From Octopus vulgaris (taxonomy: Eukaryota), in NCBI GenBank assembly GCA_951406725.2, contig OX597819.1:43276001-43340000 (forward strand): DNA of 64,000 nt, in the 5' to 3' direction. Below are positions 14,951 to 32,020 of the stretch, piece after piece (the stretch's first letter is position 1; the number at the start of each line of letters is the position of its first letter). Under the pieces are notes generated by a model. It searched no databases. It was not told the origin of the DNA and saw nothing but the letters and a program-made list of their open reading frames with translations. The position numbers were made by a program, and so were the translations under genes.

Positions 14951-15390
14951 ATATATACATACATATATATATACATACATATACATACATATACATACAT
15001 ATATATATATACATACATATACACATACATATATACATACATATATATATATATACATACATATACACATACATATATACATACATACCTTATATATATA
15101 CATACATATATATATATATATATACATACATATATACATACATACATATATACATACATACATACATACATATATACATACATACATATATACATACATA
15201 TATACATACATATATACATACATATATACATACATACATATATACATACATATATACATACATATATACATACATATATACATACATACATACATATATA
15301 CATACATACATACATACATATATACATACATACATACATACATACATACATACATGTATACATACATACATATATACATACATACATACA

Positions 15391-15465
<75 letters not shown>
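14415..15465. repeat. Compound (TA)n/(TACA)n microsatellite, about 1 kb
   Basis: Directly visible. Confidence 0.95.
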
Positions 15466-15467
<2 letters not shown>

Positions 15468-16018
15468 GCACATAGATAGATAGATAGATAAGACAAAGTT
15501 AATTGACAAAGATGAACAGACAATTCGAAATAGATGCTCAGGCCCAGAAAAAAAATCAAATCGCGCGGAAATTTAAATGTTTTTCACCGATAGCAAACGG
15601 AGGTGGAGGTATATATTAAATTTTAATAATTATTCCAAAAAAAAAGAAGAAGAAAACCCCGCAAAAAAGAAAAGTGTGATGATGAGGAAGAGAAACAATA
15701 ACACACAACTAAAAGGTAGAAAAAAGTAATTTCAAATGCAGAGAAGTACTTTAATTAATAATAATAGTTCAATGTATTCATTAAAATAAAATAATTAAAA
15801 GTAATATTTGAAAACAATAAGAAAACGGAGAACATAAATTACTTTTGTTTTCGGTGTGGCAATCAACTCTGTGACATGAAAAATATATATATATAATTTT
15901 TTCCTAATAACTTAATTAAAATACTAAATCTTAAAATGAATTTATTCAAGGATCTACGGTTAAGCAATTAGATTGTGTAATCAAATTTCTTGGCTTAAAT
16001 TGTTTTGTGTATGGCTAC

Positions 16019-16075
<57 letters not shown>

Positions 16076-16143
16076 TATATATATATATACACACATATAT
16101 ATATATATATACACACATATATATATATATATGTGAGTGTGAG

Positions 16144-16177
<34 letters not shown>

Positions 16178-16719
16178 TACCATGTGTGTGTATGTATATA
16201 TATATATGTGTGTGTGTATATATATATATATAATTGTAATACTGATTTTAGATATCAAATCTAACATACACAAATATACACGCACACGCAGCACTGTATT
16301 TAATAGAAAAATATAACACTCACACAGGGCAGATATAAAATATTTTACGCTGTGTACGTGTACATACATACATAAATACATACATACAAACACACACACA
16401 AAGCATTATAGTAATAACATATACCAGTTTATTAATAAATATAACGCTTCATTCAGACTGTCTCAAAAAGTATGAGAAAAACCACTCAAGTTTAAATAAT
16501 TTAGTGTCTAAAAAGTATTGATGTCTCTACACTGCACTTAATCCAACCTCTATACAGACTTCCGACACCTGAACATCATAAAGTAATAATATAGATCTAA
16601 TACAATATTGTGTAATATAGACATTGTGTAATGATGTTACAAAATAAATTTCCCATGAAAAAAAAAATCTAACAAAAGTAAAAAAAAAAAAAAATAAGCA
16701 GAGGGGAAACGAAAATAAA

Positions 16720-17020
16720 TTGATTCCGGCGAGGTCAACTTTGCCTTTCATCCATCCGAGGTCGATAAAATAAAGTACTATCCAAGTATTGAATCGTTGG
16801 CCTTCAGGGCGGCGAGCTGCTGGCCGGTTAAGCACACCGGACAAAAATTCTTAGCGAAATGTTTCCCACCCCCGCCTTTTTCCCCCCCACATTCCGAGTT
16901 CAAATTCCGCTCGAGGTTGACTCTGTTGTACCAGTGAAGCACTGGGGGTCGATGTCATCGACTAGCAACTAACCTCCAAAATTTCAGGACTAGTAGGGTC
17001 TATAGTATAGAGGATCATTA
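16720..17020 (+). mobile_element. Tandem SINE family B fragments
   Basis: gaggtcaactttgcctttcatcc followed by a second head ggcggcgagctg. Confidence 0.7.
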
Positions 17021-17667
17021 TTAAGACCATGAAATCACCGAAGACTGGGTATTTCTAATCATTTGTGCCATCATACTCCTAACGATAAAAAAAAAAACAT
17101 GCTTATTACTTTTTAGAAGTTTCTAATTTAAAACCACGGCGTATGGGGGGATAAAAAGCAGAACGTTTGGGGTGTTTTTTCTAAGGCAGAATATGAAAAA
17201 ATATTGCAACCACCAAAATAAGGGATTTGCGGCAAAGTAGGAGGTCAGGGAAGTTGATTCCACGCGAAAAATCGCGGTTTTCCATTCTTTTGAGGGAGAG
17301 AGCTGAAAAGCGTGGGGGTGAGGTGGTAAGATTTACCAAGATCCTTATTTTGTAAGGGAAGTGTGACAGACGTTCTTCTTAAGAACAACGGCAGATGAAA
17401 AGTGAATTTATTTCCATCGGGATTCGAAACTATGTCGGCGATACTCCTAACGTTGATTTTCGTTAAAAACGTAAGGCCGGTAAATAGAGATGTTGTGACA
17501 TTCAAGCCTTTCTTAGGGTCTTCAGAGACATGGGAAAACAATTCCAACTGGAAAACCAAATCATTTCCTACGCGTATCCGTGTTTAATCCGGGGTCAGCT
17601 CTGCTTGAAGAAACATATTTAGCCCTAAACATTCTATTTTTGAAGTTATATATATATATATATATAT

Positions 17668-18063
17668 ACTCTTTTACTCTTTTACTTGTTTCAGTCATTT
17701 GACTGCGGCCATGAGCACCGCCTTTAATCGAGCAACTCGACCCCGAGACTTATTCTTTTGTAAACCCAGTACTTATTCTATCGGTCTCTTTTGCCGAACC
17801 GCAAAGTAACGGGAACATAAACACACCAGCATCGATTGTCAAGCAACTAGGGGACAAACACAGACACACAAACACACACACGCATATATATACATATATA
17901 CGACGGGCTTCTTTCAGTTTCCGTCTACCAAATCCACTCACAAGGCTTTGGTCGGCCCGAGGCTATAGTAGGAGACACTTGCCCAAGATGCTACGCAGTG
18001 AGACTGAACCCGGAACCATGTGGTTGGTAAACAATCTACTTACCACACAGCCACTCCTGCGCC
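17668..18063 (-). mobile_element. tRNA-derived SINE family A (CORE-like segment), full-length young copy
   Basis: tRNA-like head with A box (TGGCTGTGTGG) and B box (GGTTCAGTCTC), a cttgggcaagtg CORE-like segment, an internal TA/CA microsatellite and an (AAAAGAGT)n tail. Near-identical to 47690-48089 and 45232-45630. Confidence 0.9.
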
Positions 18064-19732
18064 TATATATATATATATACGATGTGTCCTTCCTTTTCTA
18101 AGATGACAGTGTAATTTAAACATGATTCAGCTGCTCTTTCTAACAGACCGAACGTTACAGGTTTCATCGTTGTCTCGTTACTGTTACAGTTACTATTTAT
18201 GCTTTAGCCGCAGGTTCGCTCTGTTTTTTTTACTAGCTTTCTGATCAAAGTCATTCCAGCCATGACCGGGCTATCAATATCCAATGCAGTCCTTTGATAA
18301 CGTTCCTGTCATGTCTCCACACCTCCCCCGTCAGGAGGTCAACGACACGATTACCAGTAATACATTAGCTCCATCTTTAATCGGCTAAATTTATGAATTC
18401 CCGCCAAATGTAAATGATTGCCACGACGAGGTCAACTTTATCTTTCATTGCTTGGAGAGGGGTCGATAAAATAAGTAAGTACCAGTCAAGTACTGTGGTT
18501 GATGTAATCGACTAAGTCTATCCCCTTAATATTACTGGCCTTGTGTCAAAATTTGAAACCCTTCTTTTTTTTTTTAACTTTGAGTTAAAACTCCAGTTCA
18601 GCCGACTTATCTCTCTTTATCCCTAATAAACTTATGGCCTTGAGCTAAATATAAGAAAACAATTACAACACTTTTGAGTTCAAATCCCGCCGAAGTCGAC
18701 TTAACCGTTCATCGTTGCGAGGTCTCAATTACCTTTCAGGAGCACGTCCAGAATGTTCTGGTTTCATGTCCCCTACGTTTAGATAACAAGTTCACTACGA
18801 AGTATGTTGTTTTATTACAGCTGATAGTCGGTTTACTGTATCCCTTTTTCGGTCAGGACTGAAACAGTCGAAGTTTAAACAGGCTTACTATTATTTTGAG
18901 GTTCGGTGTTTGAAATTAGCCTGTGACAATATGTTCATCCATTCGTCTGTCAATAATAATAACAGGAAAGCGAAGATGCCTAGAAAGTCGATCCTGTCAC
19001 CCTTGTACATAATTCCCGACGATAACCGTTTAAAGGTAACCAACAACACTTAATACCAACACCATCACAGTGATCGAATGAACGAGGATCACAGTGATCG
19101 AATGAACGAGGGAGTCCCGCGAGGTCACTCGACCAGCAAGAAACAACAGCCAAATCTCCTGCGGGTGGCACGCTTGCTGTCTTAAAAGGTACGCAATTGC
19201 TTTAATGCGACCCTAGATACAAAATGTTGGAATTGGAAAATAAGAAGTCGAGATGGTCACGGGTAGAATGCTTTTTTTGTGAGCGTGTGTATGTGTATGT
19301 GTGAGTGTGTGTATGTACTGCTTTAATTATAGGTCTGCATGACCACAGCTAACTTGACCTAGAACTTATATAACAAAACTAACAATCGTAGTGAGCAAAA
19401 CAACAACAGCAGCAGCACCACCACCTTCTGACCATAATAATTGTTATAATCTCCAATGCAAGCCGAGTACCATTGCCATTAAATTACATTGCGTAAAAAT
19501 ACATTTGAAGTCATATCCTCTTCCAAATGAGAGGCTTCAACGCAGTCGCTCAAACTGCAAGAAATAGCAGCTAAACCCGCCTTAAAACTGGTCATATACG
19601 GCAGTGTTCCCTAAGGTACACGATGCCTTTCAAAACGAGTCAGACAGGTCATAGATTAGCCTTTGATCATAAGATCTGTCAAAGTGTGAATTGACTTCTT
19701 TCTTAACACCTCTCTCTCTCTCTCTCTGTATG

Positions 19733-19767
<35 letters not shown>

Positions 19768-21193
19768 CTTACAACTTTACTTTGTTATATATATATATAT
19801 ATATAGAGAGATAGATAGATAAATAAATAGATATAATTTGCGGATGGGTCTCTGTGTGTGTAAATAAATATGAACAGGCACATTGGTAGTCAATATTATT
19901 ATCACAGATATTAACAAACGGTTATTGTTATCAAGATTAGCGAGTCCCAGACAGGTTCAAGATATTGTTACATCCATTGCATAAACATTATCAGCTGGTT
20001 ATTATTATTATTATTATTATTATGTAAAAAATAAAATAAGAAACTTCGTCCCAAAGTGATTGAAATAAATGACTCGCAAATTACATACGTTATAGACACA
20101 CAGGATATAATTTACAAACACACATATATATGGATGTATATATATATATACATACATAAATAGATACACGCGTATAATACGTTATATACACTTGGGTAAA
20201 CAAAAACCTAATATTAGCCTTGATTGAACTCAGTTATACGATGATCATCATCATAAATATGAACAAGACAAAATATAATAAGCAAAGTTTATCTCTTAGA
20301 GTTATACCCATGACCCTAGCGGTTATTTGACTGGCTATAAATCGAGGCTAAACCACACTAAAAACGTTTAAAAAAACCCTGGATTTAAAAAAAAAATCGG
20401 AATGGTCACATTTGGAATATCACTGATCATGCGTCCACTCGACTAACAAAATACGTGAAAGGAAAACTAAAGGTGAATCATAAAATCTTTCTTATAAATT
20501 TGACTTGAGTCATATATTTTCCTCCACTAAAGAACTCCGTTTGACTACGAAATGATGACGGCGATGAAGATGATGATGGTGGTAGTAGTAGTAATAATAA
20601 TAATAATAATGATAATAATAATAATAATAATAATGATAATAATAATAATGATGTCGTTTCGTTCAAGTAACTTGTTTGTAGTTTAGAATCAGATATGGAA
20701 GAAATTTACCTAAAACGGAAATTAACCAATTGAACAATTTCACAAAAAGTTAATAGTAAGAGATTTATCAGAATTTTTGATTTTCGCTTTAATTCCAAAA
20801 ACCTTTTATCTTTAAAACAATTGAGAGAACTAAAGAGGTGTAGGTGCGTGAGACACTATTATATAGAAATAAATGATGTACAGGATGATTATGATGATGT
20901 GTAAGCTATAAGCGCTAACGAAACTTTGTTTTAAATATTCATATCTTTGTGTGAGTGTGTGTGTGTATACAAGAATTTATAAATATCGTAATACAACAAC
21001 CAGAGAGAAATAATTTTTTAATACAGTGGCCCTGCGAATGGAGTCCGAAGTTTTCCTGGAGTTCCATAAGAATGAAAAACAATGCATGTGTACGTATGTC
21101 TATATACATATAAATATATATGTATATATATAAATTTATATGTGTGTGTATGTATATATATAAATTTATATGTGTGTGTATGTATATATATAA

Positions 21194-21234
<41 letters not shown>

Positions 21235-21235
<1 letters not shown>

Positions 21236-21540
21236 TTTTACTTGCTTCAGTCATTTGACTGCGGCCATGCTGGAGCACCGGCCTTAGTCGAAGAAACAGA
21301 CACCAGGACTTGTTCTATAGGTCTCTTATGCCGAGCAGCTAAGTTACGCGGACGTAACCACACCATCACCGGTGTCAAGTGACGGCGCGGGAACAAACAC
21401 AGACACACACATGTAGTATATGACGAGCCTTCTTTCAGTTTCCGTCTACCATATTTACTCACAGGGCTTTGGTCAGCCTGGAGCTATATAGTAGAAGACA
21501 CTTGCCCAAGGAGCAACGCATTGGAGCTGTGCCAGGAACC
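21235..21540 (-). mobile_element. SINE family A copy, 5' truncated
   Basis: tcagtcatttgactgcggccatgctggagcaccg..gaagacacttgcccaagg. Confidence 0.85.
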
Positions 21541-21759
21541 AATATATATATATATATATATATATATACAAACAAGTATTGCGTAGATGTTTGCAAACAT
21601 ATCCACTCGCATACATATGGGCAAAAACTCAGAGTAGAGATAAAAATTAGAATAAATTTATCAATCCCATTTCCACAGTGGTATATAAAATATATTCAGA
21701 CTCTTCACAACTTTGTTACCGTACAACACACACACTCGCGTGTGTGCGCGCGCGTATCC

Positions 21760-23750
<1,991 letters not shown>

Positions 23751-24145
23751 AATACAGAATACACAGACACACAAACACAGAATATGCTTTGGAAGTGATA
23801 CAAAGAGAATCGGTGAGACTACTCTAGTTCAAATGCCGCCGAGGCCGACTCAGCTTTTTGAAGCTGGAAGGGTTAATAAATATAATCTTAGTAAATAGCT
23901 AAGGTCTTTTGTTATCTCTAGGGATTGCATTCGTCGTTCTGTGACAAGGATCGTTCGGGACCACACATAACGTGCCTTTGTGCAAAAGCAGCGGCGAAGG
24001 ATTGAGCGAGGAACAAGCAAACTTATTCTCAGAGAAAAACCAATGTTACCGGAACCGGCCACAGACGCGGTGATACATAAATATCTCTATGTCTGTCGTT
24101 ATCTATGTGTATGCGCGTTCATACACACACACATATAAATATGCA

Positions 24146-24195
<50 letters not shown>

Positions 24196-24272
24196 AACAC
24201 AGATACATGTAGCATAAAAGGAGATATATATACGTGTATACACATACACATGCCAATATGAGTACATTTTAT

Positions 24273-24321
<49 letters not shown>

Positions 24322-24380
24322 CATATATTTATAAACACACATATATAAACACATACATACATGTAGATACATAGTATATA

Positions 24381-24417
<37 letters not shown>

Positions 24418-24459
24418 TACATCATCATTTAACGTCTGTTTTCCATGATGGCTTGGATC

Positions 24460-24486
24460 GGTTCCCATACTGGGAATCGAACCCGG
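24460..24486 (-). pseudogene. 3' fragment of tRNA-Glu
   Basis: Minus strand CCGGGTTCGATTCCCAGTATGGGAACC closely matches the T arm and acceptor 3' end of eukaryotic tRNA-Glu(UUC), plus the CC of CCA. Confidence 0.6.
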
Positions 24487-24520
24487 CATGGGTTATATAT
24501 ATATATATATACTCCCTAAT

Positions 24521-24568
<48 letters not shown>

Positions 24569-24588
24569 CATACATACATACATACACA

Positions 24589-24619
<31 letters not shown>

Positions 24620-25369
24620 CATATATATACATACATAACCGCCTGTGTATCAGTGAAACTTTAAGTGTTAGAGAGTAAGAGGGAAATTTCGGAAAACAAA
24701 AAGAAAATAATGATAATCATTAGAAAAATGTTAAGAATTACTTAAAAAAAAGACGGCCAAGAAGAAACAATGTGCTTTGTTTTATGTTCCTGTGGTTGTT
24801 TATACTTTTAAGTTAGTCAACCAAGTCACGAAATTGTGACAGATATTTAGTTTAACTTGATAACAAGCACTAAATTATTCCTTTCTTCTTGAATTAAAAG
24901 AAAAAAAAACTAGCTTGGTTTCATATTTATGTATGTTTGTTTTTCTGTCTTATGAAACGGTAGTTCTGTTGCCCCGTGTCGTATGGTGTTGTGTTGCTAG
25001 TGTCGGGTAGAAAACCCCCGAAAAACAAGTGACTTAGAAAGGGTCTAAATGAAGACATAATATAATATAACTAAGCAGAGGGTGACGTTCGGCTTTTTTT
25101 CTTTCTTTCTGAACAAAAAAAAAAAGAGAAAAAGTAGAAGACCGAATATATTTTTTAAAAATGAATATAGAAATAGTGTGGTGGGGGTGGGGTAAACAAA
25201 AACAACAACCTTTAAAGAATTTTGTGACATTACTGAAATACTTAGTTGGGTGGAATGGTTAAAAAGCCGACAAGTAACAGCCAATGCAAAATAAAAAAAA
25301 TAAAAAACGTTTTAATTAATATATTAGTTTCAGTTAGAAATCTGCTACGATATTAATTAACTAAGTATT

Positions 25370-25880
25370 ATATGGCAGGCAGAATCGTTGGGGATATTGG
25401 ACAAATAAATGCTTTGAGTTATTTTTTGCGCGGTATTTTTCTATTCCGAATTCAAAACGTACCGAGTTTTAACTTAGCCGTTCATCCCTCCAAAAGCCGA
25501 TAAAAAAAAATACCAGTCTTTGGATCATTGGCATCAACTGTGTTCCCTTCTCCTTGAGAACAAACAGGCAGCGTGTCGGACTAAATGCTTAGCGGCATTT
25601 ATTCCGGCTCTTTACATTCTTAATTCAAATTCCGCCGAGATCGACTTTGCTTTTCATCCCTTTCGCGGGGTTCGAGAAAGTAAGTACTACTTGAGGAATG
25701 GGGCCCGGTCGATATTAACCGACTTCCTACTCCCGTCAAAAGCTTCTGGCCTTGTGCCAACATTTCAAAGAATCGTCGGAGCGTCGAACAAAATGCCTTA
25801 CGGTATTTCTTGCGGCGCTTTTTACATTTTGCGTTCAAATCTCACCGATGTCTCAACGTTTGTCTTTCATCCAACGGAGG
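25370..25880 (+). mobile_element. Three tandem SINE family B copies
   Basis: Repeated aaatgcttagcgg..ttcaaattccgcc..tttcatcc modules. Confidence 0.7.
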
Positions 25881-26379
25881 CCGTAGTTTCTAGTATGTAA
25901 CTGATATTTTTGTTGTTAAATTTCGATTGGGAGTACGTAAGCGAGCTAAAGACGCTTTTGTTTCCTTAAGACATCTTTTATTTCATTTTTATTTTTGCTT
26001 ACATCAGAACGTGTCTGTGTGTGGAGCTGGTCAACGTGGTTGTTGGCTTTTCCCAAACCTGACAAATGTTGGTTTCAACACACGATATCAAAATGCTTGC
26101 CCCAAACAAATTCAAAATCGAAAGATCACAAGCTTATATAGTTCAAAACTGCTTGTGGCAAACTCATTACAGCATCGGATAAAAAAAAAAAACCTTCGGT
26201 AATCGTTCCGGGTCATCGATGTTGTGAGTTCAAATGCCGTCAAGATCACTTCGCCTTTCATCCTTCCTAAATATATATATATATATAATTAATTAAACGA
26301 ATAATAATACTCCCTTAAATTTGCGTCGCTGTACCACCTATGCTTCAAACATTATCACTATCCTTATAATTATTATTGG

Positions 26380-26570
26380 TACGGCGCCGAGCTGGCAGAA
26401 TCGTCAGCACGCCAGATAAACTGCTTAGCGGCATTTCGTCCGTCTTTCTGCTCTGAGTTCAAATTCCACCGTGGTCGAGTTTTCCTTTTATCCTTGCTGG
26501 GTCGATAAAATAAGTACAAGTTACACACTGTCATCTCGAACTTGCTGGCCTTGTGCCAAAATTTGGAACC
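26380..26570 (+). mobile_element. SINE family B copy
   Basis: ggcgccgagctggcagaatcgtcagcacgcc..gtcgataaaataagtac. Confidence 0.8.
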
Positions 26571-26966
26571 ACCATTTATTATTAGCAGTATTTTTAATAA
26601 GGTGGTTATCCCCACCCGTTTGATGCTGAGTGGGTGGTATAGCTGACAGTATCGTTTCCGCCAGCATTTATTTCAATGGCGGTAAAGCGATCTCTGGCTT
26701 TGGGACAAAGTCAGGAACTTGCAATTGGAAAGATCCCGATGGATTCAAGCGAACCTCATTGTATTACTGGTACCTACCTATCGCTCCATGACTCTTTCAG
26801 AAGGAAAGCAACCCTTTTTCTTGGGGGATATGAAGGTGATGATATCATTCATCACTATTACATGCAATACTAATGTTTATACTTAGCATAAAATAGAATA
26901 GTTTTATTTCACACAAGACCGAAAAATCGTTATAATGAGTAGTGATGTTCATGCCTTTTCAACAAC

Positions 26967-27008
<42 letters not shown>

Positions 27009-29983
27009 AGTAGACTTCTGTAGTAGTAGTAGTAGTAGTGTCATCACTCCAAACAACTAGTTAAGTAAACACGGAGGAAAACTACAAAGACAAGAAAAAA
27101 AAAGTCTACCAATGTGTCTAACACACACACACACACACACACAGTATCATCATCATCATCAACTGCAACAGAGAGATAGAAAAAAAAAGAAAATAACAAA
27201 CAACAGCAGTAACAACAACAACAACACGCAACAAAAGTTATTCTAAGTAACAGTATTATTATTACAGGTTTCTGTGATTACCATCTTAGTTCCCAGGAAG
27301 ACAAAGAATTCTTTAATCCCGAACAAAGAGGAACCGTGTGTGTGTGTGTGTGCGTGTGTGTGTGCGTGTGTTGAGTTTAGGGGAAAGACGTGAAGCTGGC
27401 GGGGGAGAGATCTGAGAGTAAACATTGTGACATCCCACACACACACACACACACATTTTCCCAAAACTAAAAAAAAAATGGTGGTGGTGGTTGTGGTGAG
27501 ACAGAGAGAAGAGAGAGGGGGGGGGGAGAATATAAATTGCTGACTGCAGAAATATTTCAAAAAAACTGACAAAGTTTCAAGTTGCTACAAACCTCTTTCC
27601 CTTCCAATACAATTTCGTTTACTCTTATTTATTTTATTTTATTTGTTTCCTTATTATTATTTGTCTGTTTTTGGTTTTCTTTTAAGTTTTTGCTTCTTTT
27701 CTTTTTTTTTTTTTTTCAGAGGGAATTGGGGAAAATACAAGAGGATATATATAAGGAAGAGAAAACAACAGAACACACACACATTGACAAACAACGGAGT
27801 CACAGTCAAAACACGCGAGCGCGCGAAGACAAAGTCCACACACACACACACACCTCCATCCCCGTCCTCGGTTAATACTGGAAACAACCAGACAGGAAGA
27901 TGAGTCTTTCAAAGAGAGGGAAAATGAAAGAAGAAAAAAAAGATAGACTAAGTGTAAAGAGAGGGTGAAAATGTGACTATATATATATGTATATATGTAT
28001 GTGTATATATATATATATATATAAAGATAAAGACGAAGAGAGATAAAACAGAATATTATCTCACAGATGAAGATAGGCAAGTGTCTATCACTTTGTAACT
28101 TAGGCCGATTAAAATGTGTGTATATATATATATATACACACATGTATATATATATACACAGAAACACATATACATACATACATACACACACTAAAGCGCC
28201 ACTACAATACAGAAAAGCAAAGTTGTTAGGTTAGGGTCGTATTGATCAAACTCCCATCCATTCTTGATCAAAAAGTATGCCAACCGTGACCATCCCGTCT
28301 TTAATAGTTTGAGACACAAGGCATCTAGGATTACATCTAAAGTGTATATTGTTTCTTCTTTTGTTTTTTGTTTTTTTTTTGTCTTTGAGGGAAATGTGAA
28401 TCTTATTACCACCAGAGGTTTGTTCCTCTGAGCTCGGTGGAGAGAGAAACTTAAGTGACAGGCGGACATAGAAAGAGAGAGAGAGAGAGAGAGAAGCAGT
28501 GATTAAAGAAGGCTCGGTGAGAGAAGAACAATCCTATTAATAAAGAAAACGATATAGGAGAGAGAGAGAGATAGAGGAAGGGGAAAAAAAGCAAACGAAA
28601 CGAAATATGATAAAAGTACCAAAGGGAGTGAGAGAGAGAGAAAGAAAGAAATAGAGACAACAGGAAATAGAGACAGAGAAGGAGATAACCAGAGGGTGGG
28701 GAGAGAGAGAGAGAGAGAGATCAGAGTGTGGAAGCAAGATGGAAGGTTCAATGACAACAGTGTAAACAAAAGGCACTGATAGAGATTTTTGCTTGACACT
28801 GGAGCGTCGGCGGCAAGATGAGTTGGTGTGTGTGTGTTTGTGTTGAACTGAAAATAACAGACGTCTAAAACAATTTGGCCTTCCTAAAAACACAGCGAAG
28901 GGCGAACGAAGAGAAAGTGAAGTGAGAGAGTATTATAAGGGGTTTTGGGGGGGGGGGGTCAGAGAAAGGAGGTAAAATAAACTGGAGAAAGAATGGAATT
29001 TTTCGAGTGAAGAAGAAGAATAAACAGTGGAAAATAATAAGGATAGAAAGAAAATAAATAAATGAATAAAATGAAACGGGAGAAAATGGAATAAACAGAA
29101 CTCCCTTTCTAATGGAGAGACGTGTTCGTATAGGCAAGTATATGTGTGTGTGTATATAGAGTTATATGTATGTGCGTGCGTGCATGTATATATATATATA
29201 TATTACACACACATCACCCCAAAGTGCCCCAAAATGAATTGACGCTCGATATTCTATTTGAAGACATTCGCTGGCATCTTTTGACATTACAAGTGTATAT
29301 GTATATGTGTGTGTGTGTGTGTGTATATATATATACACACGCACATATAACACATACAGATGTGTGAGTGTGTGTTTGCACATACAAATAATTATAGCCT
29401 TCGAATAACAATTGGAAGTGATTAAATTCTGGCAGCACACACGTTTACAAGTATTTGCCGGTAATCAACGAACTACGACAAGACAGAAAAGGGGTAGGGG
29501 GTAGAGGAAAAAAGTAGGAACACAAGAGGAGGAAGAAACGGATGCTGCACTTGGAAGGGTGGAATAAGCCCAGCGTGCGGGTGATAGCTGTGTCGGTGTG
29601 GAGAGAGAGTAAGGGCGAGAGAAGTGGGTGCCGAGAAGTTAAAGTAATGAAGTTTGGAAAAGAAAGCGACAGAGACAAACAGACATATACAGACCACGAT
29701 GGTAAAAGAGTGTCTTTTGAAACCTTTATTATAAAGAGGCAGCCAAGCCATACACATACGACGGTATTAACACGTAGTGCCCCCCCCCCATACCTCCAAC
29801 ACCACCACCACTATTGTCGCCATCATCATCACCACTACCACTAATGCCTCCTCTCTTGTCCTGGCATAGAACCAGGTCTGGGGCTGTCTGTCACCTCCAA
29901 GCAAAGCTTATCACACCAGCTTAACTGTTCCTTACTGCCAGTCTCCCTACTCCATCTAAACGAATGACAAAAACATCATTGAT

Positions 29984-30014
<31 letters not shown>

Positions 30015-30110
30015 CAATGCTTGTGTATGTATGTTTGTGTCTACGCGTACATCTACACAGTTTCGAGCGAACACATTCAACACTTTTCGTATGTATTACA
30101 CACACAATAT

Positions 30111-30143
<33 letters not shown>

Positions 30144-31941
30144 ACGTGCGTATGTGTGGTTCTGTGTACCAAACATCACATGTCTGGCGATGCAGCTGTT
30201 AGAATTATGGCCCAATGAATGAATGAATGGAATGCATCCTCTGTCGTTTTCAACCCCTCAAAAAAATTGATTGTAAATAAATTATAATTTTTTTTTTTGT
30301 TCAACTTTCGAGTTATTTTCTTTTCCAATTGTTTATCCTTCTTTTCTACCTCACATACACACACACACACACACGCGCCTCAAACACTTCACAACAAAAA
30401 CTGACTCGACGGAAATTGAAACAAGTCATTTTCTTCTTCTATGTGGTAGTAGTAGTTGTAGTGGGAAAGCGACCAGAAAGGATATTTATATTAAAATTTT
30501 AAGTTACAAAATATTTGGGGTTTTTATTTTAAAATTTTTATGAGTAGAAGGAAAATGAAAACAAATTTGCGTGTGTGTGTATGTATGTGTGGGGAGTTTT
30601 CAGGGAATCACGTCAAACCAAACCACCCAACATTATACAACAGAATTGAAATCAATAAAGAAAAATGCTGACCAAAATATGTATGACAGAGAGAAAGACA
30701 TGTTATAGATTCTCTCATGGCTTCTGGCTGTCACAGACAACTGCCCCTCCCTGCTCTCTCACACACACACTTTCTCTTCTCTCAATATATCGCTTCCTTT
30801 ACGAGAGTCTCAATACAGTGGATTAACATGCTAGAAATAACAGCCAAATATCTCTTGAGTTACAAGCTACCATCTAAAAAATAAGTAAATAAAACAAAAA
30901 GAGAGAGAGAAAGAGATAAAGTGGATAACGTAGACCTAGATATATAATATACCAGGTCCGAACAGGACAGGTTAGTCGTGGATGTAATGTCTTTGATCAT
31001 AGATCTGCTCTATCTGAGATGAGCTGGTGCTTAAACAACATATATCTGTATGTGCGTGAGATTCCACATACTAAATAAACCAGCAAATAAACAAATAGAA
31101 CTACATATATATATATATGTGTGTGTGTGTGTGTACACACATATGCGTGTATCCTAAACTTTCTCAGTAATACTTAGTCCCTTCTTTTCAGAAGGGAGTC
31201 AATGCTAAAGCTTCTTACATAATCATTCTCTCCAAGAAACAACAGTCCAATATTTCTCAAAACAATTTGCTGTCTAAAAAAAAAAAAAAAAGGATAGTCA
31301 TTAGATAACATAGTCCTACTCTACTCCTTGAAAAGACGAGATGGTCATAACTGGAACGTCTCAGCTCATAGGCAGAGAACAACGCTTACTCGATTAGAGT
31401 TGATTGAACTTAGACTAAAAGCTCAATAAACAAACAATAAATCCCACTCGTTTTTCTTTTTCAAGTCACTAACTTCATCTTCCCACCAAAAACAAAAAAA
31501 CACATTACAGGCTAATTTCTCTCAAACACACACACACACACACACATATATATATCCACAGTCCCCCCCACCACCATCGCCACCACTATCACTGACTGTG
31601 GCGACTCGGTGCTATCTTCACACTGACTGGATTACCAATACAAGCTCAATATAATAATGGTTACTGCTTGCTATATATTCTTCAGCGCCAACACTAATAG
31701 ACTTAGCTGGTTATTTAACATCCTTCCACAACCAGCATCAACACCAACCGCCACTAACACCATTAACCACCACAAACATCGAAAAACATCGCTAACAGCC
31801 ATCACCATTGATAACAAAACTCGACATATCACTTTGAAACACCGACAAGTCAACATACATATTACAAATACGGGGGAAGGCTTCTGCTCAGTCGGGCAGC
31901 AGGAATCGGACAACCTAGGATACACACACACACACACACAC

Positions 31942-32020
<79 letters not shown>

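Noticed and set aside
14318-15559. Long ORFs (up to 413 aa) of Y/I/M/C/V/H/T repeats here, at 8645-9360, 21705-22785, 55402-55878 and many other places
   Set aside because: These are translations of TA/CA/TACA/GATA microsatellites that lack stop codons. They are open in several frames on both strands and have no protein features.
17245-17559. 104-aa non-repetitive minus-strand ORF as a possible TCF exon 3
   Set aside because: No TCF-like motif. The nearby acceptor gives an early stop in the phase required by exon 2.
17990-18063. SINE heads as functional tRNA genes
   Set aside because: A/B boxes are present but there is no proper cloverleaf, and they are attached to SINE bodies in many diverged copies.
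19064-19111. Short direct repeats (24-bp unit x2; also 1031-1222 and 62669-62718) as CRISPR-like arrays
   Set aside because: Simple tandem duplications without spacers, in eukaryotic DNA with no cas genes.
31862-31914. Possible terminal exon GCPIPAARLSRSLPPYL* after tcctag
   Set aside because: The acceptor is preceded by a GT/TA microsatellite rather than a pyrimidine tract, and there is no supporting motif.
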